Assembly: GCA_025558095.1 (NCBI GenBank)
Contig: JAIVFI010000015.1
Location: forward strand, 124,001 to 188,000
Origin: Hyaloraphidium curvatum SAG 235-1
Taxonomy: Eukaryota; Fungi; Monoblepharomycota
Direction: 5' to 3'
Length of the DNA stretch: 64,000 nt
Shown here piece by piece: positions 33,988-44,655 of the stretch (positions within the stretch are counted from its first letter, which is position 1; each line of letters opens with the position of its first letter). The position numbers were made by a program, and so were the translations under genes. The notes under the pieces were generated by a model, which was not told the origin of the DNA, did no database searches, and was given only the letters and a program-made list of their open reading frames with translations.

Positions 33988-34408
33988 ATAGACTGTTGGC
34001 TTCAGTGCGTCTTATAGCATGACAAGGCGTGCAATGTGCCTGGTCACTGTGCTGCCCGTGTCAGATCTGTGTGGCGCACCGTAGAACGTCTCGTCCGCGC
34101 AAAGGAACATCGCTCACACTCATCCACTGTCTGTTTCTCTCTTCCTTGGGGATCGCTCTCAGACGCTTTCGCTCTTTCGTTTCGTGCCCAACTGGAACAC
34201 GATTGAGGGGTAGTCGTCGTGGTGACCACGTCCCCACCGCGGAAGCTTCTGTGGCGCACGTTTGGGATCCAATCGCCATCCCCGCTTTCGCACTTGCGCA
34301 CGCAGCGCAATCAACGTTCGAGAACGCCGTTTCGCCCCTCAGGCAACGCATCTCGGCGTCGCGTGACCAACACTACCCTCTACAGTCCTCTCGGGCGCGC
34401 AAGTTACG

Positions 34409-36067
34409 ATGGAGCCGGCGGACACGTCCGAGGAAATGGCCAGAGCAGCAGACGACACGTTGACCGTTCTGAAATGGTCCTTCAACAGAGTCGAACTAGT
34501 CAACATCTGTCAGAGCTATGACATTGCGATTGATGGAGACGTTCGAACCAAGTCGCGGCCGGAATTGGTGCAACACGTTCTGAAATTCTTCCGGCACCCC
34601 GCGGCCGCGCCAATTACTAGTGAGCGACGCCATTACTGTATCGCTGACGACATTAATCTTGTTGCTCAGGGGGAGCTAGACACAAGTACCTCACCATGGA
34701 CCGTCTGCTTCGATTCCATGACGACTTGGAAAAGGAGGATGAGACTGCTGGAGGGGATGATTATCTTAGCATGGCCTGCAAGTTCTTTTTTCCCAGCACT
34801 GCGGTCCCTGGTACGCCTATAGGTCGTGCAGAGGCCCTGGCTCAACACTTTGCCTCATATCCCTGGCATCATGTGGACGACATACCGGTGGAGTCGTTCC
34901 CCCCAACGTTCAAAATCGACGTGGACAAGCTGAAGACCGAGCTGGAAGCCGCGCGAATCACAAGACAGGACCTGCTTGACATTTGCGAGGGCTTGGGCAT
35001 TGATGGCTGTCATGACTTCATCCAGCAGGCGGACATCCTGGATCTTATCATAGCAACTGCAACAGAGGACGCTCTGCCTTTTCAAGCGAGCCCAATGTGC
35101 CTGGAGAGCTCTCGCTTTTCTGTCCAAGATTTGAAGTGGCTTTGCCAGATCTTTGGCATTCAGAACTCCACCAGCAGCTCATTGAGACGAAAGAACGATT
35201 GGGTTGAGCACATCAAGTTTGCATGCGACGATGGTCCTGTAGAACTGATTCACTCCAGCGGCTCTACAGCTCAATCACGTGAGTCTTTCTTTGAAAGTGC
35301 TCCATTCACTTAATCACACCACATCAGAGCCAGTAGTACACGCCAGTGTGTCAGCAATCTCGCAAAGTGATCCTGAGCCCGCTGCATCTATGCGTACAGC
35401 TGCAACCAACTCCAGCATGGCGTCAAGTCGGATCCGAGCATCCCACCCTGAGCCCGAAGCTGCTGTTCTCCGCTCCAACCCTGCTGTCCTTAATCGTGCA
35501 CTGCTCAACGTGGAGCGCATCGTCATGTCCATCATGGACATGATGGGGCCGTATTGTCGGGACCACGTATCTGGACAAGATGAACCGGCCCTACAACAAA
35601 CCTTTGCAGACGAACTTGCAAAAAAGAAAAGGGAAGGCGCGCTGTTTTACATCCGAGAAGCTGCTTTGCGACCGCTGGGGATTGGTGGGGTGGCATTGCA
35701 AGGCACCGACTCGTGGAGGTTTGCGGACTTCGTAGTGACCCCAATCGACTACTCTGCCTTTCTCGTGATCGAGTTCAAGGTCGTCAGAACTCAGACTGCT
35801 ACTGTGAGCAACGCCGCGGAAACACAGATCAAGAACAGCACCCTCTCCGTAGCTCGTGGAGGGGTATGGGACAGCCAGCATGTGGCCGCTCGAAGGTGGA
35901 GACCACGGGAGCCGCAGCACGAGCATTACTACCCCGCTGTGGACTCGGCAGGGAACCAAAGGCCGGTGTTTGGTTGGCTTGTCGTGTTCAGCAGCGTCAC
36001 CGGCCACTCGGCTGAGCGAAAGTACGAGTGGAATGCCGCTAGCGGCCAGCTTGTCGAGCGTAGCTAA
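34409..36067 (+). CDS. Three SAP/HeH-like helical repeats fused to a GxxExxY-type PD-(D/E)XK nuclease (~519 aa); exons 34409-34619, 34670-35278, 35328-36067
   Basis: Two phase-1 GT-AG introns join three ORFs. C-terminus GQDEPALQQTFADEL...YIRE...RFADFVV...LVIEFKVV...ETQIKN. The region is visibly lower in GC than its flanks. Confidence 0.65.
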
Positions 36068-36298
36068 ATCCGTCGTTGCACTACGTATTCATCCAATACA
36101 CATCATCAATATAGCGAGATCGTAGACGATGCGGTGCCTTGCTTGCGATTGAAGGTACTGAGCATCGCAGTTCTATAATCCAAACAGGCAGCATTACGTG
36201 AGGAATCTAAATAGCCCCCAATCCGGTGTGCGGCATTGTCCAATCGAGGTCAAGATCGCCGGTGCGACAGGTCCAGGGCGAGCGGAGAGGGCGCTTCC

Positions 36299-37245
36299 TC
36301 AGAGCAGCGCGACGGCCGCGAGCACCGCCGCCACCCCTCCTAAGAAGCCCGCCGCCCCCCTCCCCGCCGCGTTCTTGGTCCACGGGGGCTCGTGTCCCGG
36401 CTTCTGCGTGTACACCGTGTCGTTGCACACCCTGGGGCTGATGGCCGGCCACCTTCCCCAGTTGCTCTCCGGCCCCGGCCCCGCGCGGAGGCAGTACGCG
36501 CGCTGGAACGAGCCCCCGCCGCCCTGGCACGCCCGCGGGTTGTACTTGTTCAGGATCATGCACGAGTCCTCGGCGCAGGTGGGGGTGCTGCAGACGAACT
36601 GCAGGCCTTCGCCGTCGTCGGCGCATTCGAGGTAGGTCCAGTTGAAGGGGCCCGTGGGGCGGGGGTTGGGGGAGCAGGCTGAAGCGCACGATGAGAAACG
36701 GGGAATCGCGGACGGGCGAGGGAACGCACTGGAGTTGAGGCGCACGGTGTGCTCCATCACGGGCAGGTCGCAGCACATGGTCTGCACGTCGACAAAGAAC
36801 GCAAACGGCGTGCTGAAGTACGTCGACACAATGTAGTTGCCTTCGATCCCCATTCGAAAGGGGCATCAGCGTCGGCATCGTGCCCTCGTGCAGCGCGGGA
36901 CCCACCCTCCATCTCGTCCGGGTACGTCATGCTCCAGTTGGCCGGCCTCGCGGCCTCGCACCGCAGCACCCTCTGCCCTCCGACAATGGCGCCCGTGCCG
37001 TTGCGCAGGATGGTGCAGGTGCCCACGGCGGGCTGCAGCGCCGCGCAGGCGGTCGCGTTGACCTCGGCATATGTGAGCTCGACGGGGGGGCCTGCGACGG
37101 GGATCAGTCCGGCGGCCGGGGGGCGGCGGAAGGAAAAAAACGCACCGCCGCAGCCTGCGTCCCAGTATTTCGCGGTGTGCGTCCACACGGCGGCCGCGGG
37201 GGAGGCGGAGAGGGCGAGGAGGAGGAGGGCGAGGGGGAGCCGCAT
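36299..37245 (-). CDS. Cys-rich secreted protein, probably GPI-anchored; at least one intron (~36842-36905)
   Basis: Signal peptide MRLPLALLLLALSASPAAA, several NxS/T sites, many Cys, C-terminus KNAAGRGAAGFLGGVAAVLAAVALL*. Confidence 0.75.
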
Positions 37246-37505
37246 CGCGGCGCGGATCCGGCGGGTGTGGGCGCCGGTCGTCTCGCAAAGAGGAATAAAA
37301 TGAGAGGGAGGGCCGGCGGAGGGCCGCCGGGGCCGCTGGGAGGGGGGTTCGGGGGGGAGAGTTGGAGCAGGGCGCAGCAGCCACGGCTGCCGGCTCCACC
37401 CTTTCCTTTCCCTTTCCGGGATACCACGTTCAGAGACGCCCAGCACCGCGGCTCATCACAATTGTATCGACGCAAACCCAAACAAAAATACTCATAATAA
37501 ACAGC

Positions 37506-39491
37506 TCAACTACGTACTACCGGCGGCACCCCCGCCGATCGCGGCCTCGCGGGCTCCCACCGCCCCGCCAACCGCTCCCTGACCAGCTCCCGCAACCCTT
37601 CCATCCCCACGACCTCCTCCTCCCCCGGCATCTCCGAAAACACCACCCGATCCGCATCCCCGATCTCGGCCCCGCGCTCCAGAAGCATCCGCACGCATCC
37701 CGCCGCGTTCTCGTCCCACCCGCCGGCGCGGATCCGGAGCAGCACGATGTTCAAAGGCGTCAGGCGCTCGTACCACCCCCCGCCCCACGGCCTCGAAAAG
37801 CGGGAACGCGGCGGATGCGCCGGCATCCGCGCCGCATCGGCCCTCTCCGGCCCGCGGAGCAGCACCCTCAGCAGCGCGCTCGGCAGCGGCGGCATCGCCG
37901 GGTCGCCCCCCGGCGGCCCCACCACCCTCGGTTCCCTCAGATCGAACCCCGCGCGCCGCACCAGTTCCGCGGGCTGCATGCCCCCCAGCAGCGCCTCGTG
38001 CACCGCGCACAGCCCGCGGGCGCTGCGCCGCGCCCACATCTCGCCCTCCCAGTCCGCGTCCCGGCCGAGCTCCGCGTCGCGGTCGTGCATCCGTTCGGCG
38101 TCCAGCAGCACGCGCGCGAGGTGGACGAGTTGGAGGCGGCAGGCGAGGTGGATGGGGAGGTCGCCGCGCGAGTCGGCGAGGTACAGGTGGGTGCGGGGCC
38201 ATTCCCGGCACAACACGCTGGCGGCGAGGGAGTAGTCCCCGAGGCCGGATGCGGGGGGCATGGGGAGCGCGTGGCGGTCCTCCTCGGGGGGTGGGAGCAA
38301 GCCTGCGGCGCCGAGGAGGGCGCAGTGCAGGGGCGTGCGGCCGAGGTGGTCGCGCATGTCGAGGAGGCGGAGCCACGAGGGGGCCGCAGGGAGTTCGGGT
38401 TCGGGGAGGGAGGAGACGGAGGCGGAGGAGACGAGGGTGGAGGAGGTGGATCGACGGCGGGAAGGGGGGCGCGGGGTGGCGGAGGGGCGCGGGGGCGGCG
38501 GGGGTTCGGGGTCGCGTGCGGGGCGCAAGGGGTCGGTTGAGGGGTCGGTGCTCGCTTCGAGGGTGACGTCGACCGTTGGTGCGTCAACCGCCGGGGTGTC
38601 GAAGCCCAGGAGTGTGCTCCAGCGTCCGCCCTCGGCGCTCCAGCGCTTGGACTCAAAGTCGCCAGATAGCCGGCGCTCGTCGTCGTCAAAGGCTCCGACC
38701 GAATTTCGCCGGCTGGCAACCGTGCCGTCCGTGTCGACCAGGCTGCCGCTCGTCCGCTTTTCCACGGGCACCAGGGGGCCCAGCGTGGCCGACGGCGCCG
38801 GGGGTTCGTCCGCCAAGGCCGACACGACGCACTCGGGCCTGTCCTCGGCGGGGTCGTCGTCCCGGGCATCGTAGCTCGACGGGTCCGCGGACCGGCCGGC
38901 GTCGGACCCCGTGCCGAGCGTGCTCGGCGGCCGGTCCGAGGAGCCCAGCGCGCGCACCGCCCGCTGCGGCCGCCTGACTGCCTTGACGTTGCGTGCGGCA
39001 TGGAAGGCGACCTCGAGGTAGCCCGCGCAGCCCTCCATGCCGCAGTCGTCCACCTCGTCCTCCCACAGCTTGCGGATCTTGCCGCGGTCTGCGAGCAGCA
39101 GCACCCTGACCGCGTCTGCGGCGCCGGCCCCGCAGGCGGCGTGCAGCAGCGACATGCGCGAGACGGGGTACGGCCAGTCCAGCGTGGCGCCCTGCCGCAG
39201 CAGGTGGCGCAGCACGTCGACGCGGTTGAGCGCGGCGGCGGCGAACGCCGTGTGGTTCTTTGCGCGCGCGACGGCGTCGCGGTCGGTGAGCGCGGCGAGC
39301 GCGGCGGCGACGGATTCGAGCGGCGACCGCGCGGAGGGCGCCGACATGGCCGCGAGCATCGACGCCGCCTTGCGCCGTCTCAGCTCGTCGCGCTGCTCGG
39401 GCGTGAGGCCCGCGAGCGCGGCGGGCGGCCCGAGCACCGGCCCGGGGCCGCGCCCCCCGGTCCCGCGCGCACGCCGCTCGCCGGTGCCCAT
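37506..39491 (-). CDS. Ankyrin-repeat protein with a Ser/Pro-rich insertion
   Basis: NHTAFAAAALNRVDVLRHLL, MSLLHAACGAG, GRTPLHCAL, GDLPIHLAC, LTPL...CVRMLLERGA. Confidence 0.75.
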   Translation of the reverse strand: MGTGERRARGTGGRGPGPVLGPPAALAGLTPEQRDELRRRKAASMLAAMSAPSARSPLESVAAALAALTDRDAVARAKNHTAFAAAALNRVDVLRHLLRQGATLDWPYPVSRMSLLHAACGAGAADAVRVLLLADRGKIRKLWEDEVDDCGMEGCAGYLEVAFHAARNVKAVRRPQRAVRALGSSDRPPSTLGTGSDAGRSADPSSYDARDDDPAEDRPECVVSALADEPPAPSATLGPLVPVEKRTSGSLVDTDGTVASRRNSVGAFDDDERRLSGDFESKRWSAEGGRWSTLLGFDTPAVDAPTVDVTLEASTDPSTDPLRPARDPEPPPPPRPSATPRPPSRRRSTSSTLVSSASVSSLPEPELPAAPSWLRLLDMRDHLGRTPLHCALLGAAGLLPPPEEDRHALPMPPASGLGDYSLAASVLCREWPRTHLYLADSRGDLPIHLACRLQLVHLARVLLDAERMHDRDAELGRDADWEGEMWARRSARGLCAVHEALLGGMQPAELVRRAGFDLREPRVVGPPGGDPAMPPLPSALLRVLLRGPERADAARMPAHPPRSRFSRPWGGGWYERLTPLNIVLLRIRAGGWDENAAGCVRMLLERGAEIGDADRVVFSEMPGEEEVVGMEGLRELVRERLAGRWEPARPRSAGVPPVVRS

Positions 39492-39868
39492 CGCGGTCCG
39501 AGATGGATCGGCCGTCGCAGCCCGGGTGGGGCCGGGGCGCCGCGATGGCGCGGGGCACGCTTTGGGATCGCTGAGCGGGGAACCAGGAACGGGCCGCCGA
39601 CAGCGCCTAGGCAAACCCTGTCGTCGTCAGACCTGGCTCCCCAGTGGCAAAGGAAGACATGGCATCCATCTTCTGCACTCCGCAGGCTCTGTGAGACGAA
39701 TGGAAGCGATATTTGCGCCCTATCCGCCGTGATTGTCCCTGCCGGGTGGCACGTCGACCTTCCCCTCCCCCGACAGCTCGGCCCGCGGCCGCCATGCACA
39801 GAACCCGCTCTATCGCAGCTCTACACATCCCAATACACTCATCTATTCGCCCGCAGCTTATCGGCCGC

Positions 39869-40855
39869 CTAGAGCCCCACGCCCTGCGAGAACGCCCCGT
39901 CGGCGACGAGGTTCGTCCCGCTGACCCACGACGCCGCGGGCGAGGCGAGGAACGCCACGCTGCGGGCGATCTCCCTGGCCGTCGCGAAACGCCCGCTGTC
40001 GGAGCGCCGTCAGTACGTGCCGGCATGCGGGGAGCGGGCGGGAGACCCACGTCGGGTTCTTGGTCTTCATGTCGTCGAACATGGGCTTCATGTTGTTCTC
40101 GACCCACTGCCAGACACCGCCGGGGAAGTACACGGCGCCGGGGCTGCAAGGAGGCGTCCGATCAGGTCCGAACGCCGGCGATGGGGGGGCGGCACACCCA
40201 CCTCACGGCGTTGAAGCGGATGCGGTCCTTCGAGTACTTGACCGCGAAACCCTTGACCAGGTGGATCAGCGCGGCCTTCATGGCGCCGTACGGATCCGGC
40301 TGGGACGCCGAGCGGCCCGAAGTAGATGCGATGGCCACGACCGAGGCGACGTCGCTCTTGAGCAGATGCGGCACGGTGGCGTCCTGTTCCGATCACATCA
40401 GTCCAGAGCAAAACCACGCCACAGCGACGCGGCACCCACGACGAGCAGCTGGAACCCCAGCACGTCCACCGTAAAGTTGGCCTTGTACGCCTCCTCCGTC
40501 GCGCCCACCGCCAGCGCCGCCGCGTTGCTCACCACGACGTCCAGACCGCCCAGCGCCTCCACGGCGCCGTCGACGAACGCCTTGACGGCGGCGGCGCCGG
40601 CGGAGAGGTCGCACTCGGCGCCATACACCTTGACCGAGGGGTCGAGGGCCTGGATCTCGGCGACGGCGGGGGCGACGTCCTTGCGCGCGCAGATGGCGAC
40701 GTGCGCGCCGCTCTGCTCCCCCGGGGTCGTCAGCACCGCACCAAAACACCGCATCGCGCCGACGGCACCTCGACGAGGATATCCGCGATCGCCCTCCCGA
40801 TCCCCTTCGTCCCGCCCGTGACGATCACCCGCAAGCCTTTCAGGCCGAGGCCCAT
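39869..40855 (-). CDS. Classical short-chain dehydrogenase/reductase, multi-exon
   Basis: VIVTGGTKGIG, LDVVVSNAA, IASTS, YGAMK, NAV|SPG, FLASPAASWVSGTNLVADG. Confidence 0.9.
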
Positions 40856-41567
40856 GCCGCGCTCGCCGACGCGTTCGGCCGCCGGAGGCTGCGCGGCGCC
40901 GACGTCGCCGAACGTCGCCGCGACGTTCTCGCGCTCTTGCGTGGCGGTGAGGGAGGGTGCCATTTCGGAGCGGGATGGAGCGCGATGCGGGGTGGGGGGC
41001 AGGGGAAACGAAACTGGACGAGGGGGACGCGGTTTTGAGAGCGCGGCTCAACTCGGCCCGCGGATGGCCGTTTCCGCGCGCCGCACGCGAGGGCGCGGAT
41101 TTCCAGGCCCGCGGATGGGAGCACGGTATGGATGGGAGCTGGATACGCGGATTCCCGGGCTTTCCCGGCGTCGCGTGCTTGTTTGCCGGACGCGATCAAG
41201 AGCGGCCCGCGACCTGGACCAAAAAGGGCAGCATCCCGAGAAGAATCCCATGCGATGGACCCGATTTCGACGTGGTGAAGCTGGATACCTTGCTGGATGG
41301 TGGGTAACCCCGCGTGTATTGCGCTCGGGTGCTCCGCCTCCAATGGTGCCGGCGGATCGATCTTGGAAGATTGGGAACGGTCGGATCCCTGATCTGATTC
41401 CGGATTCGAGTACAGGGATCGCACCACGTAGACATGTCAGCATCATCCTTCGCTCGAACGCTCACGGATCCGTCGAATCGATGTGTCTGCGTGGAGGCCT
41501 TGTTTACGTCCCAGCGGTCCGTCGAACATTCCAAACCTGATAGCGTCTCCCACTCCGTTTGCCCGCA

Positions 41568-43097
41568 ATGACGCCTTCCGAGCTCCTCGCGGTGCTGCCG
41601 AACATCCGGCCGCTGCCGGCGGAGCTGCCGCTTCTCGCCGCTGGAGCCGACGCGGACGCCGAAGCCGCTGTCGCCTTCGCCAAGGAGCACCCGCCTTCCT
41701 GGGCCGACTTGATCGCCGCAGCCGCACGCTGCGGGCCGGCATACGGGCACTTTACGCGCCTGCAGCTCGCGGTGGTCGGACCGTTCTGTCGAGTGTACCT
41801 CCTCGTCGCCATGGCTGGCGTCGCGGGGACCGTAGCCTCGGGGCTGTACTCAGTGACCGCGGGCACCACCTCCCCGTTCGGCCCGGCAAATATCGCGGCG
41901 GGCTGTGTGGCGCTGGCGCTCATTCCGCTGCACTCAATCACGGTGTGGTGGCTGGCGGCGTGGCCGCTGTCACCCGCGGAAGCGCTCGGCCTACCGCTGG
42001 TGCTGCTGTGGCGGTGGCAGACCATCGTCGGTATCGCCGGCGTGGACTCCGAGGCGCCGGATGCGGGGCCGCTCTCGATGTTTGCGCGGCACGTGGAAGG
42101 GGACGAGTACTGTCCCTGCGCGAGGCAGTCCTGCGCGGGCGACCTCGGGCGCCAGTACCTTGCGTGGACGGCCGTCGACTCGGTCCTCCGTAGCTCTCTG
42201 ATTTTCGTCTTCACCACTTTGCTGCCATACTGGGCCACTTTCGTCAGCACGGGCGCGCTCACATGGACTCGGTGGTGGGGTGTCTTACTGGGGCTCGTGA
42301 CCTTTGCGGGCGGCCTGCTGAACTTCGTGACTTTTTGGTCGCTCGCCGTCGCCATGTACAAGACGCCCGTCGTCCAGCTATCGACCCGCTTGCAGTGCCG
42401 CGCGCTATCGATCAAGATCGTCGCGCTCTTGGACTCGTACCGCGTGCTCATTCGACCTCGTACCGAAGCTGCAGTCGTCGACGGCGCCGACCAACCGGGT
42501 TCCAAACCTTTCGCGGCCGACTCGGACCCTTTCCCCGTTCTGAGGCACATAGCGCGCACCAACCTACGCATAAACAAATCCACCGACGTCCGCACCGTGA
42601 CCTCGGCCCTCCTTCTATTCATCCTCGGCGCGGTCATCAACCTCGCAGTGGGCTGCCTCCCCATGTGGGTTCTCGCTCTCGGCGTGGCCATGGTCTACAT
42701 CCTCGCGCAAATCGGAGCAAACCATGCGGCCTACAACGCCCGGATCGACGCCTTCAACACCCTGTTGCGGGCCGGCCAGTCCGCCGCCCTCGAGCTGCTC
42801 TCTTCCTCCTCCGCGGTCGACGCCGCCGAGGTCGCGGCCGGCAACGGTGCCCTCGACGCCGCCGCGGCCGCCTCCTTGCACCGCCGCCAGCTCGTCCGAT
42901 CCGCCCTGCAGCACGACGTGGAGCGCATGGCGCTGCTGTCGTCGTCGTCGCGCCACGCAACGTTCCTGGGGCTGACATTCACCTACGGCTCGCTTCGGGG
43001 GCTGGCCATCACGGCAATCACGGTTGCTTTCGCAACGCTTGGGGTGCTGAGGGGTTTCGGGGTCAGGGTGGTGGCCGAAAGCTTCTGCTACGCTTGA
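41568..43097 (+). CDS. 7-TM gustatory-receptor-like family, copy 3 (intronless)
   Basis: SPFGPANI, LLWRW, HVEGDEYCPCARQSC, QLSTRL, NLAVGC, AAYNARI, ATFLGLTFTYGSLRGLAITAITV...ESFCYA. Confidence 0.75.
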   Translation: MTPSELLAVLPNIRPLPAELPLLAAGADADAEAAVAFAKEHPPSWADLIAAAARCGPAYGHFTRLQLAVVGPFCRVYLLVAMAGVAGTVASGLYSVTAGTTSPFGPANIAAGCVALALIPLHSITVWWLAAWPLSPAEALGLPLVLLWRWQTIVGIAGVDSEAPDAGPLSMFARHVEGDEYCPCARQSCAGDLGRQYLAWTAVDSVLRSSLIFVFTTLLPYWATFVSTGALTWTRWWGVLLGLVTFAGGLLNFVTFWSLAVAMYKTPVVQLSTRLQCRALSIKIVALLDSYRVLIRPRTEAAVVDGADQPGSKPFAADSDPFPVLRHIARTNLRINKSTDVRTVTSALLLFILGAVINLAVGCLPMWVLALGVAMVYILAQIGANHAAYNARIDAFNTLLRAGQSAALELLSSSSAVDAAEVAAGNGALDAAAAASLHRRQLVRSALQHDVERMALLSSSSRHATFLGLTFTYGSLRGLAITAITVAFATLGVLRGFGVRVVAESFCYA

Positions 43098-43222
43098 ATA
43101 TGGCATTGCATATATGCTTTCTGCGTGTTCATGTCGGATCGATCGATGCATGGCCAATGTTGGTCCGACGCGCCCGTAAACACGCCTCCCAGCAACGCGC
43201 GCTTCCCGTCTCCCCGGCCGCG

Positions 43223-44473
43223 ATGGCGGCCTTCTCGTTCAACCCGGGCACCTTCCTCCTCGTCCGCATCGCCCCTCCTTCTCCCTCCCCGTCCCCGCCG
43301 CTCCTCGCCCGCGCGTGGCGGCACGACCTCTCCCATCTCTCCGGAGCAGAGCTCGCCGCGCACCTCCGAGCCGGGCGGCGCGCGATCGCCCTCTGCACGC
43401 GCCCCGCGGGAGATGGGGACAGTATATCGCTGGCGGGGCTGCACGTGGGCTCGCTGCGCCACGCCGGAGAGGACGATGAATGTGCATGGGAGGTTGACGC
43501 GGTTCCCGGCGAACGCTTCTCCCTCCGGTGCGCCTGCGCCCTGCCCATTTCGCCCCTCCCGGCAATCCTCGATGCAGCCGTGCTACGCTCCGTTTCCCAT
43601 TCGCTGCTTCCCTCTTTCCCTGCCGTTCACTCGTGCCCTGCCGCATACTCGGATACGGACCTGCTCTCCAGGGCCAACGGGCCGGGGGTGCTGGATCCTC
43701 CTGGCACCGTTGCCGTACTCGCTACCACCCTCCCTTTGGCGGGCACCGTGCTCGAGTTTGGCGAGCTGGACGCCGAGTTCCGGTCTTCCCTGTGCTGTGG
43801 GGTTACGACGGTCGCCGACGCGGAGCGGCTGCTCTCCCTGCACGTCAACCCGCCCTCTTCCGTGACGCTGGAATCCATGTTCGACGAGCCGGCGCCCGGG
43901 GAGGCGGCGTACGGGGTGTTCAAAGAGGTCCGCGAGAACCCGGGCAAGCCTAGCGGGCGGTGGTACGCCGGTCGCAAGGCAGGGGAGGACGGCGGGTCGG
44001 CGTTTGCGGATCCGAAGCCAGAATTGGTATCGAGCCCGACGACGGTCATGGCGGCCCCGGTGCAGCGCAAAGTGAAGAAGCGTAGGAGGAGGGAGAAATT
44101 GGAGGAGGCAGGCAGTGAAACGGACGGCAGCGCGGGGAGCTTTGTGGTTTCCGACGCCGCAGGCTCGTCGGACTCGGATCCCGAGGCGCCAGCAGAGGCG
44201 CGCCGCGCTCGGAAGACAGAGCTGGGCTACCTAGCCGACGGCTTCGTCGTGGACGAGCTTCCCCAGGTGCCCCGAAAGCGCCGCAGGATGGAGCAGCCGA
44301 GCGACGAGGAGTCGGCGCGGTCGGACATGTACAGCCTCGGGAGCGGCGGCGGTTCGGGGAGCGAGACGGAGGTGACCGATGCGGGGGACGGGGAGGAGGG
44401 GTCCGATGCGGATCGGGACTTCGTGCCCAGGAAGAGGAGCAGGCCGATGCTGCTGCAGATGGAGCTGCGGTGA
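43223..44473 (+). CDS. Hypothetical protein with acidic, NLS-rich C-terminus
   Basis: ORF with a globular-looking N-half and KVKKRRRR, RKRRR, RKRSR plus DGFVVDE motifs. Confidence 0.55.
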   Translation: MAAFSFNPGTFLLVRIAPPSPSPSPPLLARAWRHDLSHLSGAELAAHLRAGRRAIALCTRPAGDGDSISLAGLHVGSLRHAGEDDECAWEVDAVPGERFSLRCACALPISPLPAILDAAVLRSVSHSLLPSFPAVHSCPAAYSDTDLLSRANGPGVLDPPGTVAVLATTLPLAGTVLEFGELDAEFRSSLCCGVTTVADAERLLSLHVNPPSSVTLESMFDEPAPGEAAYGVFKEVRENPGKPSGRWYAGRKAGEDGGSAFADPKPELVSSPTTVMAAPVQRKVKKRRRREKLEEAGSETDGSAGSFVVSDAAGSSDSDPEAPAEARRARKTELGYLADGFVVDELPQVPRKRRRMEQPSDEESARSDMYSLGSGGGSGSETEVTDAGDGEEGSDADRDFVPRKRSRPMLLQMELR

Positions 44474-44655
44474 TCGGACGGAGATGGAGATGCCTGAATG
44501 AATAGGACACGTCGTGATTGGTTTGTCCCCAGGCCCTGACACAGCACCCGCACATGCGCCACGCTGTATTCAGCAGAGCCCTGTTCCACCTTCGGACGCC
44601 CTTCCACACACCATTCGCCGTTCCACACCGCGTTGGCCCCCGCCTCTGCCGAACC

